In this document: piece after piece, positions 8,896 to 17,896 of the stretch | How the letters are laid out: every line of letters starts with the position of its first letter | How positions within the stretch are numbered: position 1 is the first letter of the stretch | NCBI GenBank assembly: GCA_964493485.1 | Contig: CAZBMQ010000005.1 | Location: 3,832-67,831, forward strand | Direction: 5' to 3' | DNA from: an uncultured Candidatus Saccharibacteria bacterium | GTDB taxonomy: Bacteria > Patescibacteriota > Minisyncoccia > Minisyncoccales > JANBVM01 | Length of the DNA: 64,000 nt | Translations under genes and position numbers: made by a program | Notes under the pieces: model-generated | The model's database searches: none | The model's input: the letters and a program-made list of their open reading frames with translations, nothing else | Told to the model about the DNA's origin: nothing

Positions 8896-9195
8896 ATGGA
8901 GCCTTTTGAAAGATTCAAAAAATCAAATAGAGAAAACAATCTTTGGATTTATATTCTTTCTCTTGGAAAAGAAAGAGAAATTCCCAATGATGAAATTCAA
9001 AGATTAATCTTTGAAAGATTTGATTTCTTGCCAGGAAAACTATTAACAAAAAGAGTTATATATAGATTGAAAAATCAAGGATATATCAAAAAAGAAAAAT
9101 TTAAAGGAAAAACAGCTTTTATTACTACTAAAAAAGGACTGAAAGAATTAGAAAAAATGAAAAATTTTACTCAAGATTTACTGAAAAGATTATAG
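8896..9195 (+). CDS. PadR-family transcriptional regulator (paralog 2)
   Basis: NLWIYILSLGKEREI...RVIYRLKNQGYI aligns with 7324-7635. 99 aa. Confidence 0.65.
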   Translation: MEPFERFKKSNRENNLWIYILSLGKEREIPNDEIQRLIFERFDFLPGKLLTKRVIYRLKNQGYIKKEKFKGKTAFITTKKGLKELEKMKNFTQDLLKRL

Positions 9196-9202
9196 TATTG
9201 AA

Positions 9203-9247
9203 CAAAAAAGCAGCTTTTTGAGAGGTCTAGGCTGCTTTTTTGTTTTT
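9203..9247. terminator. Bidirectional hairpin terminator between convergent genes
   Basis: AAAAAGCAGC (9205-9214) pairs with GCTGCTTTTT (9231-9240). The stem is flanked by an A-run and a T-run. Confidence 0.6.
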
Positions 9248-9256
9248 TGATGTCGA

Positions 9257-9799
9257 CTATTCTTTTTGATGTTTTTCCACTGTAAACCGATATATTACAA
9301 TTTTTTCTCTTTTAGGATTAATTCCTCCTTTTTGGCAGGCAATTGAAATTTGTTTTTCTATTGTGTCTACTCCTTGTAAATCAGGAAGTAAAAGCCCTGC
9401 CTTTTGGGTTTTATGTGGTTCTTCTAAAGAAAATGTCCTGACAATAATTCCATATTTTTTAGGATCCAACTCCTCTAAATTTTTGATTTGTTCTGGTCGG
9501 CTTAAGATGGAAACAGTATAAGAAAGATAGGGGAGTTCTTCTCTTTGCACAGGAAGAAACCTATAGTCTTCAGTGGCAGCTGCAATTGCATTAGAAATAA
9601 TCTCCTTTGCAATATTCTCTTTAGTGGGCAAATATGTACCAATACACCCTCTTAATTTTCCTTCCTTTTCAATTGTTACAAACACACCTGCTTTTCTTTC
9701 AAAAAATTCTCTTGGAAGATTCGCAGGAGGAAAAATGACTATATTTTTTTCTATCCAGTTTTCAACTGCTGATTTGGCAAGTGAAACATAAAGGTCCAT
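9257..9799 (-). CDS. AMMECR1-domain protein (AmmeMemoRadiSam system protein A type)
   Basis: GVFVTIEKEGKLRGCIGTYLP is the hallmark AMMECR1 motif. 180 aa. Confidence 0.85.
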   Translation of the reverse strand: MDLYVSLAKSAVENWIEKNIVIFPPANLPREFFERKAGVFVTIEKEGKLRGCIGTYLPTKENIAKEIISNAIAAATEDYRFLPVQREELPYLSYTVSILSRPEQIKNLEELDPKKYGIIVRTFSLEEPHKTQKAGLLLPDLQGVDTIEKQISIACQKGGINPKREKIVIYRFTVEKHQKE

Positions 9800-9816
9800 A
9801 CTTTATTATATTTATG

Positions 9817-10497
9817 TTAAATAAAAGGTTTTGTAAGTTCTGGAAAGAAGTAGAGACAGATTGCCAACACTAAAAAAGAAGAAACAGGGATATATATGTT
9901 GTCATCATCAAATCTTTCGAAAAATGTTGCGACAAAAGCAGCAACAAGACCTGCAATGCCCATTTTTAGTCCGCCTATTACAGCGCAGGTTAAAAACATT
10001 CCAAGAGAACCCTCCCAAGCCTTACTTTGTTTTTTATATCTGAAATTTCTAATAATACCTGTGACACCATCACCAAAAGCCATAAAAAGAGCGGGAATAA
10101 CTCCCAGCCAAAATGATTTATCTAAAAACCAGCCAATTAAAATAGACAAACTCCACATTATGCAGAAGTTTACCTCATGACGATTTTCCTTTACTTGATA
10201 CCAATTTTGAAGTTTCTTTATTTTATGAAAAAAATATGTATAAAAAGCAAATCCGAGACCCAAGATAAAAGGAATATAAGCTTCTTTAAAAAGAAATGGA
10301 AGAAATAAGGTGGTTATGCCTGCTGCAAAGATATGAATGACCTTTCTGCCAAAATATGTAGCAGAATTTGGAGGAAAACCTCTTTTTATAGCGAAATTAT
10401 ACACCCATTTGGATAGCCAGTTTACAATAAAAAAACTCCAAAGGGAAAATGGTATCACGATTATAAAATCCTGTAAAAAAATATTGTTCGTACTCAT
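9817..10497 (-). CDS. Polyprenol (dolichol/phytol) kinase-family integral membrane protein
   Basis: Multi-TM protein. FGDGVTGIIRNFRYKK..KAWEGSLGMF resembles the CTP-dependent polyprenol kinase C-terminal motif (GD..A...G......K..EGS.G). Confidence 0.5.
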   Translation of the reverse strand: MSTNNIFLQDFIIVIPFSLWSFFIVNWLSKWVYNFAIKRGFPPNSATYFGRKVIHIFAAGITTLFLPFLFKEAYIPFILGLGFAFYTYFFHKIKKLQNWYQVKENRHEVNFCIMWSLSILIGWFLDKSFWLGVIPALFMAFGDGVTGIIRNFRYKKQSKAWEGSLGMFLTCAVIGGLKMGIAGLVAAFVATFFERFDDDNIYIPVSSFLVLAICLYFFPELTKPFI

Positions 10498-10542
10498 AGT
10501 TTTATCATCAATTTTAATTTTTTAATAATCTTCTCGACTTTA

Positions 10543-11217
10543 TTATACTTTTTTTCTTGCTTTAGCAATCAATGTAGACCCAAGTGAAGGGAACATTTTT
10601 CCTAAAAATTCTGAATATGGTGGCTGGTTATATTCTCCCGGATTAAAACAGACGAAATCAGATATTATCTTTTCTATTTTAAATCCAGCATTTTTTAAAA
10701 GTATCTCGAAAGTGCTTTTTGTAAAACACCTGACATGCTCTGTGTATCTCTGATAAGTCTCACTGGGAGCAATCCTAAGAGGATATAAGCCAAATAAAAT
10801 CCTGATTCTGTTTGGAAGAGAAACAATGTTGTCTGCCGTGATAATTATTGGCTTGTTTCTCTTTAAAATACGATGACACTCTCTTAAAAAGTGCTCTGTA
10901 TTAAAAATGTGCTCCAAAACTCTTAAACACCAAATAGCATCAAAAGTCCCGTCTTCAAATGGCATTTCTTTCTCCAAGTCTCCTTTAAAAGTTTTAACAC
11001 CTTTTTTCTCAGCTTCCTTTAGAGCTTCTTCGTTCTCATCTATTCCCCAAACTTCATATCCCATTTTTACTAAAGACTCTGAAACAATACCGTTTCCGCA
11101 TCCGGCATCTAAAATCTTAAGTGCCCGCCCTTCTATCTCCAACATCTCTATCATTGGCTTTATAATAGTCTGATTCCTTTTAAATCTTGGAGAAAGCCAT
11201 TTATAATCTTTAAACAT
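10543..11217 (-). CDS. Class I SAM-dependent methyltransferase
   Basis: SAM-binding motif I ILDAGCGNGIVS and post-I D/E (GIDENE). 224 aa. Confidence 0.75.
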   Translation of the reverse strand: MFKDYKWLSPRFKRNQTIIKPMIEMLEIEGRALKILDAGCGNGIVSESLVKMGYEVWGIDENEEALKEAEKKGVKTFKGDLEKEMPFEDGTFDAIWCLRVLEHIFNTEHFLRECHRILKRNKPIIITADNIVSLPNRIRILFGLYPLRIAPSETYQRYTEHVRCFTKSTFEILLKNAGFKIEKIISDFVCFNPGEYNQPPYSEFLGKMFPSLGSTLIAKARKKV

Positions 11218-11230
11218 TTTTAGTTTTTTT

Positions 11231-11536
11231 CTATTTTTCTAATGCTTTTTTTATTCTCTCAACTTCTCTTTCAATAATTTCCCCTTCATAATCTCCAGCA
11301 TGGGCTGTAGCACCTTTATAAACAGGCCTTCTTTGATCCAAATGCAAATTGAATATAAACTCATTGTTCTCAGAGTCTATCTTTAAGAAAAGATGAAATC
11401 TTGGATATCCTCCTAATTCCAGAGGACGCACAAAAATATATTCTTTTTTCTCTTCGTCTTCTTTCAAATAACGATAACCAATCTTTCTAGTTAAAGTAGT
11501 GATGCTTTCTCTTATATTTTTAAGTTTAAATCTCAT
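11231..11536 (-). CDS. Hypothetical 101-aa protein
   Basis: Clean ORF whose start overlaps the upstream phosphatase gene by 4 nt. I recognised no family. Confidence 0.5.
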   Translation of the reverse strand: MRFKLKNIRESITTLTRKIGYRYLKEDEEKKEYIFVRPLELGGYPRFHLFLKIDSENNEFIFNLHLDQRRPVYKGATAHAGDYEGEIIEREVERIKKALEK

Positions 11537-12294
11537 AGAATCTTAATCTCTAAATCTCTCGCGCTTTTTATCTCTTTTGATAAGTCTGCTATAGCAATGG
11601 TTCTCTTGCGTGTGTAGGCAAAAGAAGTAAAAATAGTCAAACATTTATCATCAAATAAAAATTGACGGGTATCAGATTGATGGGAGCGTATCAAAATATC
11701 TTTATCAAAACGCTTCATAATCTTAAAAAAATATTCCTTTCCAAATTGAGGTCGTCCGCTAAACCTGTCAATTCCTAAATATTCCCCCTTCCTATCAAAG
11801 AAATCTCCCCATGTAATCTCCTGCCAATGTTCGCTACCAAGTTTAATATCATTAATCTCTTTCAAACTTTCTACATCAGGCGGTACCCCATGTAATGCTA
11901 TTATATTTTTTACTACAAACACTAATGGAAAATTCTCTACAATTGAAGTATATATCTTATATTCTTCTTTGCTTAACCCTTCCCAGAACTCAGCAGGAGA
12001 AAACCTTAAAATATGATATCCTTCATGATTCCCTTGAAGCAAATAGATCTGTTTTGGGTTTTTAAGTTTTGCCTCTAATAAAAAATCCAAATTTTCTTTA
12101 GAAAGAGGCCCTCTATCTACATAATCTCCGAGAAAAACAATAATATTTCCTGGTTTTAAATAATCTTTTAGAACTTTTTCTGAAGCCTCGAGATCTCCAT
12201 GAGTGTCTCCTGCAAAGATAATCTTTTTCCCTTTTTTAATTTTAATTAATTTTGATTCTTTTTTTAGAACTTCTTTTATTTTTTTAAAATTCAT
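11533..12294 (-). CDS. Metallophosphoesterase (PPP-family Ser/Thr phosphatase / ApaH-like)
   Basis: The GDTHGD, GDYVDRG and GNHE motifs occur in the canonical order. Confidence 0.8.
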   Translation of the reverse strand: MNFKKIKEVLKKESKLIKIKKGKKIIFAGDTHGDLEASEKVLKDYLKPGNIIVFLGDYVDRGPLSKENLDFLLEAKLKNPKQIYLLQGNHEGYHILRFSPAEFWEGLSKEEYKIYTSIVENFPLVFVVKNIIALHGVPPDVESLKEINDIKLGSEHWQEITWGDFFDRKGEYLGIDRFSGRPQFGKEYFFKIMKRFDKDILIRSHQSDTRQFLFDDKCLTIFTSFAYTRKRTIAIADLSKEIKSARDLEIKIL

Positions 12295-12307
12295 AAAATT
12301 TGTCTGC

Positions 12308-12922
12308 TCATAATTTGAAATCTGCCACTAAGTAACCTACACCAAATGGTCCTTCGTAAGAAAGTATTTCTGCTTTCCAATCAATTCCAGAACCTTCTAA
12401 GATTCCTAATAAAAAACAAAAAGAACGAAGACCACATTCACCAGCCTCAGGAAAATAATCATCGAGTTTCAAGAATTTCTCAATGTTCTTGTTTTTCAAA
12501 TATTTAATCAATGCCTTGTCAAATTCCGGACCATCAGGAGTAAACCCATAAGGTCCATCTTCCTTCAAACAATGAGAAAGGTCTCCAGAAGCAATAACAG
12601 CGTATTTTTTATTGTCTTCAAGGGTATTATAGAATTTTTTTCCTTCCTCAAAATAAAATTCAGGGGTTTTCCCACCCAAAAGATATCTTCTTATTTCTCC
12701 CTTGAAGTCTTTTGCTAAAAAGAAAAGCGGGACATTAAAACCCCAGTCAGGATGGGGTGAAGAAATCAAAATAACATCTGGGGTTTTTTCTTTTAGTTTT
12801 TTGCCCAATGTTTCAAGATTCTGAATTGTGTTTTTTACCAAAAGCCTATCTTTTTCAGAGCCAACTGAAGGCAAGATTATTGGGGGGTGAGGAGATATAG
12901 CTGCAAAAACAATTTTTTTCAT
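12308..12922 (-). CDS. Class III extradiol dioxygenase subunit-B-like (LigB/Memo superfamily) protein
   Basis: N-terminal AAISPHPPIILP, then SSPHPDW and GDLSH. It lies immediately downstream of the AmmeMemoRadiSam-type radical SAM gene. Confidence 0.55.
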   Translation of the reverse strand: MKKIVFAAISPHPPIILPSVGSEKDRLLVKNTIQNLETLGKKLKEKTPDVILISSPHPDWGFNVPLFFLAKDFKGEIRRYLLGGKTPEFYFEEGKKFYNTLEDNKKYAVIASGDLSHCLKEDGPYGFTPDGPEFDKALIKYLKNKNIEKFLKLDDYFPEAGECGLRSFCFLLGILEGSGIDWKAEILSYEGPFGVGYLVADFKL

Positions 12923-12924
12923 AA

Positions 12925-13941
12925 TTAATGTAAGATTATATTTAAATCTTCATCACATTCTGAACATTTTCCATTATTGTCATACCTATGAATCATATAA
13001 CCTGTTCTATCAATGGCTACTGCCTGACACTTTGGACAGACTGTATCTTCTGAAGGAAGTCCAGGAATGTTGCCTGTATAAACATATTTTAATCCTGCCT
13101 CTTTTCCTATTTCATAAGCCCTTCTTAGTGTTTCAAGGGGGGTGTCTGGAAGATGTTGAAGCTTCCAAGAGATAGCCCCAGAAAATTGTGTGACATGCCA
13201 GGGTGTTTCAGAGCCTAACTTATCTTTTATAAATTGAGCAATCTTTTTTAGCATCTTTTCAGAATCACTTAAAGTAGGAATAACCAGGGTGGTAATCTCC
13301 ACCCATACTCCAGATTTTTTCATCAATTCTGCTGTTTTTAACACCGGCTCTAATCTGGCACCACAATTTTTCTTATAAAACCTATCAGAAAAGCTTTTAA
13401 TATCAATATTATTGGCATCTAAATAGGGAATAATTAATTTTGCTGATTTTTCTGACATAAAACCATTACTCACCCAAGCATTCTTTATTCCCTGTTTCTT
13501 TGCCAATTTCATAGTATCTAATGCATATTCCAAAAATATCGTAGGTTCAGTATAGGTATAAGAAATACTGGGAAGATTGCCCTCAATAGCTAAATTAACA
13601 ATCTCTTCTGGGCTTAATTCTTTGCCTGGAATTTCCTCTTTATCTTTAAAACCTTGAGAAATATCATAGTTTTGGCAATTCAAACATCTAAAATTGCATC
13701 CAACTGTAGCAATAGAAAGAGAAAGGGTGCCGGGTAAAAAATGGAAGAATGGTTTTTTTTCAATTGGGTCAATATTCACTGCAATAGCTTTTTCATAATT
13801 TAAGGTATATAACTTTCCATCAATATTTTCTCTCACACCACATATGCCTCTTTTTCCCGGTTTTATAAGACAGAAGTGAGCACAATTTTCACACTTCACT
13901 TCTTTATTTTTTAGTTTTTGATATAAATAAGCTTCTTTCAT
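12925..13941 (-). CDS. AmmeMemoRadiSam-system-type radical SAM enzyme (PflA-like activase fold)
   Basis: N-terminal Cys cluster C.NC..C...PG.RG.CGVR, and radical SAM motif GCNFRCLNCQN (CX3CX2C). It also has a C-terminal CPKC...C.EC. 338 aa. Confidence 0.8.
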   Translation of the reverse strand: MKEAYLYQKLKNKEVKCENCAHFCLIKPGKRGICGVRENIDGKLYTLNYEKAIAVNIDPIEKKPFFHFLPGTLSLSIATVGCNFRCLNCQNYDISQGFKDKEEIPGKELSPEEIVNLAIEGNLPSISYTYTEPTIFLEYALDTMKLAKKQGIKNAWVSNGFMSEKSAKLIIPYLDANNIDIKSFSDRFYKKNCGARLEPVLKTAELMKKSGVWVEITTLVIPTLSDSEKMLKKIAQFIKDKLGSETPWHVTQFSGAISWKLQHLPDTPLETLRRAYEIGKEAGLKYVYTGNIPGLPSEDTVCPKCQAVAIDRTGYMIHRYDNNGKCSECDEDLNIILH

Positions 13942-13952
13942 TTTTATAATAA

Positions 13953-15119
13953 TTAATTACCTCTTATTTTTTTAACAGTATTTTCCCTCCACTCACGATA
14001 TTGAACAGCACTGAGTTCCTTTCCGTTTTTTATCTGAGAATCTAATCCACTCTTAAATCCATCTCCTGCTGCCTGTCCGATAACAGCTAAAGAACCTGAC
14101 CCGCTTCCATAACCCAGCATACAAACATTCTTGCCTCTGCTGATTTCTTCTAATACAGACATCAAAGAAATGAAAATAGATACATTATAGCAATTGCCAA
14201 TATATGAATTATATTTCAGTCCAGGTTTAATCTTTTTTATGAAAAACTCCTGAAACTCTGGAAGTTCTCTTACTTCATCTAAGAGTTTTTTAAATTTCTG
14301 AAATAACTTTGGATAAGAAACACATTGAGAGAGCAAATCTAAAAACTCACTTTCTTTATATTTTTCATACCGCCATAAAGCAGCAGAGGTCCACACTACC
14401 ATCTTGGGAAAAGGAGTATGCATCACAAAATAATCGATCTTATCTATAAGCACATCGAATGAATTTTTAACTTTATAATCTAAAAATGCCTGAATAATGC
14501 ATTTAATATAGGCTGGTTTGGTTAATGGACCATCAACCTCTGGAAATGGAGCTGTTTTAATCGGAATTTTAAAATCATCAATGTCTTCAACATATTGTCC
14601 ATAGTTTTGAAAATCTAAATCTAAAAGCTTGGGATTCCTTTCTATTCTTAATGCAACCACCCCAGCTCCTTGAGTTACCTCAGCCTTATTATCATTGTAA
14701 AGAGAACGGTCTGCCACTATTACTATACAAGGCTTATTGTGAGACACGCTATATTCTGAAGCCAAAAGCAGGGCTTGTATGCCAGAAAGGCAAGCAAATT
14801 TCAACTGAAAGGGGACAATATTAAGTTTTAAATTATTAATAGCCTTTATTGCTAAACTTGCTTTAGACAAATCATAGTCTGATTCTGTAGCAAATATAAA
14901 TCTATCCACATCTCTATAATTTATCTTTTTTAAGGCCTGGACTATAAGTTCTTCTAAAGTCACATTATATGGAATTCGAGCCTGTACCAAACCCAGGCCT
15001 CCATTTACATATTCTAACGGCAATTCTCTTTCCTGAGCTATCTTTTCTACTCCAATAAAATATTCTGGAATCACACCTGCTATTTCACTTATTCCGACTT
15101 TTTGAGTTTTTATGTTCAT
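13953..15119 (-). CDS. HMG-CoA synthase-like thiolase-fold condensing enzyme
   Basis: FATESDYDLSKA (compare the ATES..D.SK of HMGS) and the catalytic-Cys context FACLSGIQALL. 388 aa. Confidence 0.6.
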   Translation of the reverse strand: MNIKTQKVGISEIAGVIPEYFIGVEKIAQERELPLEYVNGGLGLVQARIPYNVTLEELIVQALKKINYRDVDRFIFATESDYDLSKASLAIKAINNLKLNIVPFQLKFACLSGIQALLLASEYSVSHNKPCIVIVADRSLYNDNKAEVTQGAGVVALRIERNPKLLDLDFQNYGQYVEDIDDFKIPIKTAPFPEVDGPLTKPAYIKCIIQAFLDYKVKNSFDVLIDKIDYFVMHTPFPKMVVWTSAALWRYEKYKESEFLDLLSQCVSYPKLFQKFKKLLDEVRELPEFQEFFIKKIKPGLKYNSYIGNCYNVSIFISLMSVLEEISRGKNVCMLGYGSGSGSLAVIGQAAGDGFKSGLDSQIKNGKELSAVQYREWRENTVKKIRGN

Positions 15120-15235
15120 TTTTAAAAATCAGATACAAATTCCAAAAATTTAGGCGATACTTTTATATTAAAGCATTTTGTCAAAATCATCAATTTTTAC
15201 TGAAATTTAGAATGTGCTATAGTGAGAATAGCTAT

Positions 15236-15802
15236 ATGAATCATAGGATTTTTATTGCTATTAATCTGCCAGAAAAAATCAAAAACAAACTTGTCGGCTA
15301 TCAAGAAAAATGGCCTGATTTACCGATAAGATGGACGAAAAAAGAAAATCTCCATATAACCCTGGTATTTATAGGTCCTGCAAGGGATGAAGAAATCCCT
15401 GAGATCTGCAAAAAAACAGAAGAAGTGGCATCGAAGAATGGATCCTTTGAGGTTGTATTGAATAAGATTTGCTATGGACCTCCAAAGAAAATGCCTCCTC
15501 GAATGGTATGGGCCATAGGAGAAAAATCAGAAAGTTTGACAAAACTACAGAAAGAATTAGAAACTGTCTTGATGTCTTCTCTTAAAAACTCATTTAAACC
15601 TGAAACCAGACCGTATTCTCCCCACATTACTTTAGGGAGAATTAGAAAATGGGAATTTAAACAAATCAACCCAGAAGAAAGACCACAAGTAGATGAAGAC
15701 ATTTTTTTAAGCTTTGAAGTAAATTCAATAGAGGTAATGGAAAGCAGATTAAAAAGATCAGGAGCAGAATACACAATTCTCGAATTAATCCCACTCCATT
15801 AA
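15236..15802 (+). CDS. thpR: RNA 2',3'-cyclic phosphodiesterase (2H / LigT family)
   Basis: Two HxT motifs (HITLVF and HITLGR). The start is set at ATG 15236 (MNHRIFIAINLP). Confidence 0.8.
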   Translation: MNHRIFIAINLPEKIKNKLVGYQEKWPDLPIRWTKKENLHITLVFIGPARDEEIPEICKKTEEVASKNGSFEVVLNKICYGPPKKMPPRMVWAIGEKSESLTKLQKELETVLMSSLKNSFKPETRPYSPHITLGRIRKWEFKQINPEERPQVDEDIFLSFEVNSIEVMESRLKRSGAEYTILELIPLH

Positions 15803-15856
15803 AACTCAAATTATAAATTTCAATTGAAATTTGGATTTTGGAATTTGGATTTCATT

Positions 15857-17269
15857 ATGAGAGTTCATTTCATCGGTATTGGCGGGATAGGAGTGTCAGC
15901 ATTGGCAAGATATTACTTATCAAAAGGGCATAAAATCACTGGCTCTGATTTAGCTTCTTCAGAAATCACAAAAGCTCTTAAAAAGAAAGGGGTAAAGATT
16001 TTCATTGGAAAACACAGACCAGAACATATTTCAAAAAATATTGACCTAGTAATCTATAGTCCGGCTATCACAAAAAACAATCCAGAGCTTAAAAAAGTAT
16101 ACAATCTTAAAAAAACCAACAAAAAACCGAAGGTTTTAAGTTATCCTCAGGTTTTGGGGGAACTAACGAAAAGTCATTTTACTATTGCAGTCTGCGGAAG
16201 TCATGGGAAAAGTACGGTAGCTGCAATGATAGGACTTCTGTTAACAAAAGCTGGATTAGATCCTACTGTGATTGTAGGCACAAAATTAAAAGAGTTTGGA
16301 GATTCTAACTGCAGGGTAGGGAATTCAAAATATCTGGTTATCGAAGCTGACGAACATTTTGGTTCGTTTTTAAATTACTGGCCAAAAATTATTGTCTTGG
16401 TGACTCTTGAAAAAGACCATCTCGATTATTACAAAAACTTCAATAATATCTTGAAAACATTTAAAAAATTCATCTTACATTTACCAAAAGATGGTGTCTT
16501 GGTAGCTAATAAAGATGATGAAAATATAAAAAAATTATTAAAAGAACAGAAATCATTAAAACAAATAAAAAAGTCTAAATCAAGGCAAATAAAAAAATCT
16601 AAATCAACCTCAATCATAGATAACGCATTTTTCACGATCGTTAAAAATGCAAGATTTTATTCTTTGAAAGATAAAGAAGCGAAAAAGATAAAAAAGATGT
16701 TAAAAGTCCCAGGTGAATTCAATGTTTCAAATGCTCTAGCAGCTTTGGCAGTAGCTCGAATATTAGAAATACCAGATAAAATCTCTTTTAAATCCTTGTC
16801 AGAATACAAATGCTCTTGGAGGCGGTTTGAAATCACTAAAATTTTAAAACCTGTACCTTATACATTGATAGACGATTATGGACACCATTCCACTCAGGTA
16901 AAAGTAACATTAAAAGCTGCCAAAGAAAAATATCCTAAAAAAGAAATCTGGTGTGTATATCAACCTCATCAATACCAAAGAACCTATTATTTATTTAACG
17001 ACTTTGTCAAAGCTTTTAAAAAAGCACCTGTAGACAAGGTAATTATTACTGATATCTACAGTGTAGCCGGCAGAGAGAAAAAAGAAATAACAAAGAAAGT
17101 AAGCAGCAAAAAATTAGTAAAGGCTGTAAATAAACCATCTGTAATTTATATACCTCAAAAGAAACTAGAAGAATTTTTAAAGAAAAACTTAAAACCAAAA
17201 CAGGTATTAATAATTATGGGAGCAGGGGATATATATAATTTAAGCCTTAAATTAAAAGGTCAACATTAA
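15857..17269 (+). CDS. murC: UDP-N-acetylmuramate--L-alanine ligase
   Basis: HFIGIGGIGVSALARYYL, P-loop GSHGKST, and DDYGHHST. The start is set at ATG 15857. It contains an in-frame 24-nt tandem duplication (16562-16609). Confidence 0.85.
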   Translation: MRVHFIGIGGIGVSALARYYLSKGHKITGSDLASSEITKALKKKGVKIFIGKHRPEHISKNIDLVIYSPAITKNNPELKKVYNLKKTNKKPKVLSYPQVLGELTKSHFTIAVCGSHGKSTVAAMIGLLLTKAGLDPTVIVGTKLKEFGDSNCRVGNSKYLVIEADEHFGSFLNYWPKIIVLVTLEKDHLDYYKNFNNILKTFKKFILHLPKDGVLVANKDDENIKKLLKEQKSLKQIKKSKSRQIKKSKSTSIIDNAFFTIVKNARFYSLKDKEAKKIKKMLKVPGEFNVSNALAALAVARILEIPDKISFKSLSEYKCSWRRFEITKILKPVPYTLIDDYGHHSTQVKVTLKAAKEKYPKKEIWCVYQPHQYQRTYYLFNDFVKAFKKAPVDKVIITDIYSVAGREKKEITKKVSSKKLVKAVNKPSVIYIPQKKLEEFLKKNLKPKQVLIIMGAGDIYNLSLKLKGQH

Positions 17270-17284
17270 AATATTAAATAAAAA

Positions 17285-17896
17285 ATGAAGAAAAAGAAGA
17301 CTTCTTTTGAAAAAATAAAAAAGCTGGTAGATTTTTTGTACGAATTCAGGATTCTAAAATATATCCAGAGAGCGGGCCTGCAATATCTTAAAGGACCAGC
17401 AAAAGAAAATGTGGCAGAACACAGCTTTTATACAGCAATCATAGGCTGGATACTGGCTAAGTTAGAAAATGCAGATGAAGAAAAAGTAATCAAGATGTGT
17501 TTGATACATGATTTGCCTGAAGCTCGGGGTGGAGAGAAAAATCTAATCAATAAATTCTATACCCAGCGCTTGAATGAACCAAAAATAATAAAAGAAATTA
17601 CAAAAGACCATTCTCTTGAAAAATTTTTTCTGGATGAACTTTTAGAAGAATTCTTTAAAGAAAAAACCCTAGAAGCAAGAATTGTAAAAGATGCAGATGT
17701 ATTAGCAGGGATGCTCTTGGAAAAAGAGTGTTTTGATTTAGGAAATCAAAAAGCCAAAAAATGGCTTTCTTTTTCCTTAAAGAGACTGAAAATAAAAAAA
17801 GCTCGCCAGCTTGGGAGATTTATTTTGAAAAGCAATACTGATGAATGGTGGCTTAATCTTGTTAATAAATATATTCTAAAAACTAAATTTTTCTAA
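17285..17896 (+). CDS. HD-domain phosphohydrolase (paralog of 5508-6125)
   Basis: AEHSFYTA and CLIHDLPEARGGE motifs. 203 aa. Confidence 0.7.
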   Translation: MKKKKTSFEKIKKLVDFLYEFRILKYIQRAGLQYLKGPAKENVAEHSFYTAIIGWILAKLENADEEKVIKMCLIHDLPEARGGEKNLINKFYTQRLNEPKIIKEITKDHSLEKFFLDELLEEFFKEKTLEARIVKDADVLAGMLLEKECFDLGNQKAKKWLSFSLKRLKIKKARQLGRFILKSNTDEWWLNLVNKYILKTKFF

